From NCBI GenBank assembly GCA_964449215.1, contig CAYVAH010000007.1, positions 1-24,271 on the forward strand: a stretch of 24,271 bases of DNA, written 5' to 3'. Position 1 is the stretch's first letter. Each line of letters begins with the position of its first letter. Positions 16,813-21,895 of this stretch are shown piece after piece. A model generated the notes under the pieces. The model made no database searches, had not been told where the DNA came from, and saw nothing but the letters and a program-made list of their open reading frames with translations. The position numbers were made by a program, and so were the translations under genes. The DNA is from Candidatus Undinarchaeota archaeon (GTDB lineage: Archaea; SpSt-1190).

Positions 16813-17945
16813 AGTTTCCCCTCCAGTTCAAGCAGCCGGTTGTATTTAGCGGTTCTCTCACCCCTGCACGGTGCCCCGGCCTTGATAAACGGCGACGAAG
16901 TGGCGGCCGCAAAATCCGCTATGAATGTGTCGGTGGTCTCACCGGAGCGATGGGAGACCACCCATTTGAGCCCGTTCTTCCGGCAGAACTCAATAACCCG
17001 AAGAACCTCCGTGACCGTCCCGACCTGATTGGGTTTCACAATAACGGCGTTTATGGCCCGGGCGTCAAAAGCCTTCCTGACCCTCCACAGGTCCGTCACG
17101 GTGAGGTCGTCTCCCACCACCAGTGAATCAGATTTTGAGAGAAACTCCGAGAACCCCCTGAAATCCTCCTCGTGGAGGGGGTCTTCCACAGAATAGAGGT
17201 GGAAACTGCGGGAAATGCGGGAAAGAAAATCTATGTATTCCCCCCTGCCCAGTGCTCTGCCATCCAGGTGGTATTTCCCACCGCGGAAATATGAGGAAGC
17301 CGCACAGTCAATGGACAGGCGAACCCTGTCAAGAAGCCCAGCCTCCCCGACGGCCTCCTCGAGCAATGATAGCGCCTCGTGGGTGGTTTTCAGGGGTGGA
17401 GCAAACCCCCCTTCATCACCGACATTCACGGACCCGGGACCGTATTTTTTCAAAAGAAGCTCCCCGAGAGCCCGGTATATGGTGACAGCCGCCTCCAGTT
17501 TTTCCCTGAAGCTCTCGAACTTCAGGGGGACCACCATGAACTCCTGAACCGCGAGTTCGCCTCCGGCGTGCAGACCCCCATTAATCAGGTTCAACATCGG
17601 TGTGGGCAGGGACTTTGGCTTCAGACCACGGCGGGAGAAGGCGATTGAAGCCGCAAGCACAAGGTCAACCCCGAACTTTTCCTTGTTCTCCCCGGAAATC
17701 CCGGCAAGAAAATCATCAAAATCCTCCTGGGTCGGGAAGGCTCTCCCGACCAAACGCTCCCGGAACTCCGGAAATCTCCTCAGGCTCTTCTCAGCCGGAA
17801 GCTGAACAGCTTCGTGCTTCCCCCGGCTCTTCCCGGCAGGAACACTCGCCTTAAACCAGCGACCGTCAAGCTTCAGCTGCACCTCAACAGTCCATCTACC
17901 CCTGGAATCCAGAATCTTGCGCACAACGGCGTCCTCAACCTTCAC
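16809..17945 (-). CDS. eno: Enolase (compact, 378 aa)
   Basis: ILDSRG..TVEV, NLINGGLHA, QEFMV, VGDEGGFAP, IDCAAS, VEDP, VGDDL.VT, VKPNQVGT, SHRSGET.D, IKAG and ERTAKYNRLL. Confidence 0.95.
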   Translation of the reverse strand: MKVEDAVVRKILDSRGRWTVEVQLKLDGRWFKASVPAGKSRGKHEAVQLPAEKSLRRFPEFRERLVGRAFPTQEDFDDFLAGISGENKEKFGVDLVLAASIAFSRRGLKPKSLPTPMLNLINGGLHAGGELAVQEFMVVPLKFESFREKLEAAVTIYRALGELLLKKYGPGSVNVGDEGGFAPPLKTTHEALSLLEEAVGEAGLLDRVRLSIDCAASSYFRGGKYHLDGRALGRGEYIDFLSRISRSFHLYSVEDPLHEEDFRGFSEFLSKSDSLVVGDDLTVTDLWRVRKAFDARAINAVIVKPNQVGTVTEVLRVIEFCRKNGLKWVVSHRSGETTDTFIADFAAATSSPFIKAGAPCRGERTAKYNRLLELEGKL

Positions 17946-18002
17946 ATCAATACCTGGGCGGGGAGCTAGAAATACCTTACCCCATAAATAGGAGCTGGCT
18001 CT

Positions 18003-19475
18003 ATGAATAAAATGAAGGTGCTCCTGGTCTCCATGGAAGCCGGGCTGAGGAGCGACGTGCCCACCTATGCGGGGGGCCTCGGTGTGCTTGTGGGGGACAA
18101 GCTCCGGGCGGCCCGGGACATGAAGCAGCAGGTTGATGTTGTTACGTTTTCATACCCGCTGGGATACGCGAGGCATATTGTGGTGGACGGGAAGGTGGCG
18201 ATGGAAACCGTGCAGTATGACCCCCACTCCTTCTTCAAGAGCGCCGGGGAAATGAGATTGAAAACCAGGTTTGGCAGGCTGAATGTGGAGGTCCTGCGCG
18301 GGGAAAACGCCTGGCTCATCCACACCGACCTGGCCAAGAAGCTCTACATAGAAGCGAGTCCGGAGGAAAGACTGAAAAAGGAGGTGATTCTCGGAACGGC
18401 GGCCGCCCGACTGGCAGAGGAATATGACGTGCTGCACGCAGAGGAAAGCCACACCGCCTTTGCAACGGAACTCGTGCGAAAGCAACACCCGAAAAAAAGG
18501 GTGGTGTTCACCACCCACACCCCCCTGCCGCACGGACACGAGGTCTGGAGCGCCCGAGCGATAAGGAGGTTCTGGGGTGGCGTTCGAAAGGTGAGCATGA
18601 CAAAGCTCGCCCTGCGCAACGCCGACTACGTTAACTGCGTGTCGAGGATGCAGTGGGAGACTATGAACCCGCACCTTGACTACCGCGCTGACTACATCAC
18701 CAACGGGGTGCATGTGAGCTGGCTCCACCCCGCCATCAGGAGGCTCCTGCGGAAGCATGTGGGCGACGTGACCAGGAACCCCCTGAAGTTCGCCCTGGCC
18801 CGTGCCCTGCCAGCAGGGGAGTTCAAGGACGCAAGGGCCAAAGCAAGGGAGGAGCTGGTAAAGGAAGTCAATGGGAAGGCGTGGAAGAACCGCGAGTTCG
18901 GTGATGCCTTCACGGTGGGGATTGCCCGCCGCTTCACCGGCTACAAGCGCCTCGACCTTGTGCTGCACCACTGGGAGGAACTGGACAAGCTTGCAGCGAA
19001 GCAGCCGCTGCAGCTGGTATTTGCTGGAGTGGCTCACCCCCTGGACACGGAGGGCCTGGCGACAATAGAGAAGGTCATCGCCATTGGCGGGAGAGCCAAG
19101 AACCTGCGCATTGCCTACTTCCCGTTCTACACCATGGAGCTGGCCCGGAAGATGATTGCTGGCAGCGACCTGTGGCTCAACGTCCCGCGGGAGGGACTGG
19201 AAGCATCCGGCACGTCGTGGATGAAAGCCATGCTCAACGGCACGGTGCTCGTGTCAACGCTCTCAGGTTCCGTGCCCGAGTATGCCGACGAGACCAACGC
19301 CCTGATAATCCCGCGGGGAAGTGAGGAGGAACAGGCCCGAACCCTGCTGGGGCACATAAAGGCGGCCATGAAAGACCGGAAACTCTGGAAAACAGGGGTT
19401 AAGGCAATTGCAAGCTCCGCTCCCCTGACAGCCCACAGGATGATGCACGATTATTTCCGGAAGGCCTACTCGTAA
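18003..19475 (+). CDS. Alpha-glucan (glycogen/maltodextrin) phosphorylase, GT35, short form (490 aa)
   Basis: SME.GL..DVPTYAGGLGVL.GD, FTTHTP, ITNGVH, ARRFTGYKR, FAG.AHP.D, DLWLN.P and PLP-lysine motif EASGTSWMKAMLNG. Confidence 0.92.
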   Translation: MNKMKVLLVSMEAGLRSDVPTYAGGLGVLVGDKLRAARDMKQQVDVVTFSYPLGYARHIVVDGKVAMETVQYDPHSFFKSAGEMRLKTRFGRLNVEVLRGENAWLIHTDLAKKLYIEASPEERLKKEVILGTAAARLAEEYDVLHAEESHTAFATELVRKQHPKKRVVFTTHTPLPHGHEVWSARAIRRFWGGVRKVSMTKLALRNADYVNCVSRMQWETMNPHLDYRADYITNGVHVSWLHPAIRRLLRKHVGDVTRNPLKFALARALPAGEFKDARAKAREELVKEVNGKAWKNREFGDAFTVGIARRFTGYKRLDLVLHHWEELDKLAAKQPLQLVFAGVAHPLDTEGLATIEKVIAIGGRAKNLRIAYFPFYTMELARKMIAGSDLWLNVPREGLEASGTSWMKAMLNGTVLVSTLSGSVPEYADETNALIIPRGSEEEQARTLLGHIKAAMKDRKLWKTGVKAIASSAPLTAHRMMHDYFRKAYS

Positions 19476-20404
19476 CGACCACCGAACCGCAGCAGGTGCT
19501 TGATCTCTTCCATAGACTCGCGGAACTTCCGATAAACACGTGGGTCGTTGTCGTATCTCTCTATCATCCCCAGAAACATCTCCACCTTCTTCTTGACTTT
19601 CGGTTGCTTCTCCTTGTCAGGCACCGGAACACTGTCGAACTTCTCAGCCAGCCAGCGCATATACTCTTTCATTTCCTTTCTATCCTCTTCCCTCAGGTCA
19701 TAGTAGTGCCCCTCGAATTCCCCCACAATATTCTCAATCTGCTTGTTATAGGCCCTCCGGGCAGCCACCCTCACCTTTTCCTTGGAGAAAGGATAGTAGG
19801 CGTGGTCTTTCAGCCGGCTTCCTGCCTCGCGAATGGTGTCCAGGAACCGCTCCTTCGTTTCCCCATCCATCACCTTGGCACGCTCCCTCCACTTCTCCGA
19901 CGCACCATATTTTAGCTCCAGAGCGGTTTCAACACTCAAAAGTGAGGTGTATTCCCAGAGCATTTTCCAGACCTTTTTCATTTCTTCCTTGCCAAACTCT
20001 TTAGTTTCGAATTCACCTATGCTCCTGACATAGTCGTCCTCCGTTTTTCTGAGGGCCCTCGGAACAACGGAAGCTATGTCCAGATAGCGCCTCGCAATCC
20101 CTTCGTGAAAGCCGTCAGTTCTGCAGATGCCCTCGAAGAGCTTGGAAGCGCCATTAAACAGAGCAACCGTATCGAGATAGGGCTTGTCCCGGACCATATA
20201 ACACACCGCTTCCGTGAACAGCCGGTCCATATCAATTTGATTGGCATACTGATTCCATTTTTTGCGGTCAGGCAAGTCCTTCTTTATCTTTTCAGTGTCC
20301 TTGTCTTTGGCTGCCTTAAGAAACGAACAAACTTCAGGATGAAGCTTCGTCAGTTCATTGCTCAATTTTTTTACAGCTTTTCTCACCAGGTCCTCAACAG
20401 GCAT
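19466..20404 (-). CDS. Hypothetical protein (~312 aa, highly charged, probably all-helical)
   Basis: Long ORF with K/E/R-rich composition. ATG at 20404 (alternative GTG 20410) and an AT-rich TATA-like element upstream. No recognisable motif. Confidence 0.78.
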   Translation of the reverse strand: MPVEDLVRKAVKKLSNELTKLHPEVCSFLKAAKDKDTEKIKKDLPDRKKWNQYANQIDMDRLFTEAVCYMVRDKPYLDTVALFNGASKLFEGICRTDGFHEGIARRYLDIASVVPRALRKTEDDYVRSIGEFETKEFGKEEMKKVWKMLWEYTSLLSVETALELKYGASEKWRERAKVMDGETKERFLDTIREAGSRLKDHAYYPFSKEKVRVAARRAYNKQIENIVGEFEGHYYDLREEDRKEMKEYMRWLAEKFDSVPVPDKEKQPKVKKKVEMFLGMIERYDNDPRVYRKFRESMEEIKHLLRFGGRYE

Positions 20405-20472
20405 AGACACAACTGCAGAGTGAAAATAAATAGCTTACGATACAGCTATAAACCCCCCAAAAGGCTGGGAGT

Positions 20473-20664
20473 ATGGGATACACCACAGATGAAGTGTTCA
20501 ATGAGCTGGGACAGTTTCTGAAGGAGCTAAAAGAGCTCAACCGTAACTACCAGGAGCGGCTGGAAGTCTGGTATTCCGTGGAGGACCGCATATATACCAA
20601 CCCGGAAAAGAGCTACCGGAAACTGCAACTGTTCAGGGAAATTTACACAAAGCAAAACAGCTGA
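20473..20664 (+). CDS. Small hypothetical protein (63 aa), possibly a truncated remnant
   Basis: ATG with TATAAA at 20447-20452. Weak similarity to the N-terminal half of 14102-14695. Confidence 0.55.
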   Translation: MGYTTDEVFNELGQFLKELKELNRNYQERLEVWYSVEDRIYTNPEKSYRKLQLFREIYTKQNS

Positions 20665-20727
20665 GGGAAAGAACGTCGACGACATTCACCAACACAACCA
20701 TAATAAAGAGAACTGTTTATTTGTTAC

Positions 20728-20967
20728 ATGAAGGAAAAGGTTCTCGATTTCGACGTTATAATTGAAGAAGATGAAGAGGGCGGTTTTGTAGTTTCGGTCC
20801 CGGCACTACCAGGTTGCTTCACTCAGGGAGACAGCATTGATGAAGCCCTGAAAAATGCCAAAGAAGCAATAGAACTCTACCTCGAAACGATGGACCCCAA
20901 AGAATTAACGAGCAGAACAAGATTTGTGGGGATCCACAGGGTGAGTGTTCTTGCTAAGACCCATTAA
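20728..20967 (+). CDS. hicB: HicB-family antitoxin (short form, no DNA-binding domain)
   Basis: FDVIIEEDEEGGFVVSVPALPGCFTQGDSIDEALKNAKEAIELYLE. Confidence 0.95.
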   Translation: MKEKVLDFDVIIEEDEEGGFVVSVPALPGCFTQGDSIDEALKNAKEAIELYLETMDPKELTSRTRFVGIHRVSVLAKTH

Positions 20968-21175
20968 ACCTGAAAAGGTTGTCAGGCTCCTTGAAAAGTT
21001 GGGCTTCATGATTAAGCGCCAGAAGGGCTCTCATGTGGTCTTAAAGAAAGGGAGTGTCATGGTTGTCATACCAATGCACAAGGGAAAAGACCTCAAGAAG
21101 GGAATCCTGAAACGAATAATTTCCCACGTGGGTCTGAGCGTAGAAGAATTCATGAATTTGTTAAAGAGATTATGA
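20945..21175 (+). CDS. hicA: HicA-family toxin (mRNA interferase)
   Basis: VVRLLEKLGF...RQKGSHVVL....VVIPMH...DLKKGILKRII...GLSVEEF. The exact start is uncertain; it overlaps hicB. Confidence 0.93.
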   Translation: MFLLRPIKPEKVVRLLEKLGFMIKRQKGSHVVLKKGSVMVVIPMHKGKDLKKGILKRIISHVGLSVEEFMNLLKRL

Positions 21176-21224
21176 AAGCATCCCGCAGGGGATCAGGAAC
21201 GGTTCCAGTGGACTTTTATCAGAA

Positions 21225-21253
21225 GTCGAGCGGACCGGGCGGGATTTGAACCC
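21225..21253. repeat. Direct repeat of the tRNA-Arg 3' end plus 6 nt of trailer (att-like)
   Basis: GTCGAGCGGACCGGGCGGGATTTGAACCC matches 21371-21399 at 28/29 nt. Confidence 0.9.
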
Positions 21254-21296
21254 ACAAGCTTTTTGCGACGCCTGCTGCAAAAACCTTGACCAACCC
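21231..21296 (-). other. tRNA-like 66-nt element or pseudo-tRNA lacking D and anticodon arms
   Basis: GGGUUGG/CCGGUCC acceptor-type stem (3 G-U pairs), one 11-bp arm with a single mismatch, intact T arm GUGGG-UUCAAAU-CCCGC, and discriminator G. Confidence 0.45.
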
Positions 21297-21376
21297 AGTT
21301 ACAGTGTATCAGTTAACCGTCGACGAAATTGCGACGACTTGGAGCGAAGCGGAAAGGAGGAAGCAATTTGGTCGAG

Positions 21377-21451
21377 CGGACCGGGCGGGATTCGAACCCG
21401 CGACCCACAGCTTAGGAGGCTGTTGCCCTATCCTGACTAGGCTACCGGTCC
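21377..21451 (-). tRNA. tRNA-Arg(CCT), intron-less, CCA not encoded
   Basis: GGACCGG acceptor stem, D arm TAGCCTAGTCAGGATAGGGC, anticodon arm ACAGC-CTCCTAA-GCTGT, T arm GCGGG-TTCGAAT-CCCGC, then CCGGTCC-G. Confidence 0.97.
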
Positions 21452-21501
21452 CACAAGCTTTTAGCCCTGACCAAAAGCTGTTGGTCTTTTGTGTTTAAAA
21501 T

Positions 21502-21894
21502 TTATTTGTTCTTCACGACCGTCACGAGGACACGCCGGTGCCTCGGCCCGTCAAACTCCAGAAACATTATCCGCTGCCAGGTCCCCAGGGCGAGCCTGCC
21601 TTCGTGGACAGGAATGGTAAGCGAGGCACCGAAAAGGGCACTGCGCAGGTGGGCGTGGGCATTGTCATCTATGCGGTCATGGGCCCACCCCCCGTGCTCC
21701 GGCGCAAGCTTTTCCATCAGTCGCAGGTAATCCCTGTCAATATTCGGCTCGTTCTCACCGATAATGAGCACCCCTGTGGCGTGCGGGGCAAACACATTCA
21801 CCAGACCCTCCTTCACCCCCTCCACAGCCGCTTCAACCTTCGCGGTCAGGTCAACCACGTCCCCTTTCTGTGTTTCAAAGCTTATCTCTTTCAA
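21502..21894 (-). CDS. yjbQ: YjbQ family protein (UPF0047, secondary thiamine-phosphate synthase)
   Basis: VDLT, NVFAPHATG...GENEP, HDRIDDNAHAHLRSALFG, LGTWQRIMFLEFDGPR.R. TTG start at 21894 preceded by GGAGG. Confidence 0.93.
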   Translation of the reverse strand: MKEISFETQKGDVVDLTAKVEAAVEGVKEGLVNVFAPHATGVLIIGENEPNIDRDYLRLMEKLAPEHGGWAHDRIDDNAHAHLRSALFGASLTIPVHEGRLALGTWQRIMFLEFDGPRHRRVLVTVVKNK

Positions 21895-21895
21895 A

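Noticed and set aside
19199..19240. Trp in the phosphorylase PLP motif (EASGTSWMK) as a sign of inactivation
   Set aside because: That position is variable in the family signature, and the PLP lysine and RRFTGYKR motif are intact.
21231..21253. 3' half of a trans-spliced split tRNA
   Set aside because: An intact tRNA with the same 3' end is adjacent, the fragment lacks the 3' anticodon strand, and I found no convincing bulge-helix-bulge flank.
19466..21253. Complete provirus or integrative element at tRNA-Arg
   Set aside because: No integrase, replication or virion genes, and the tRNA-end repeats are only 146 bp apart.
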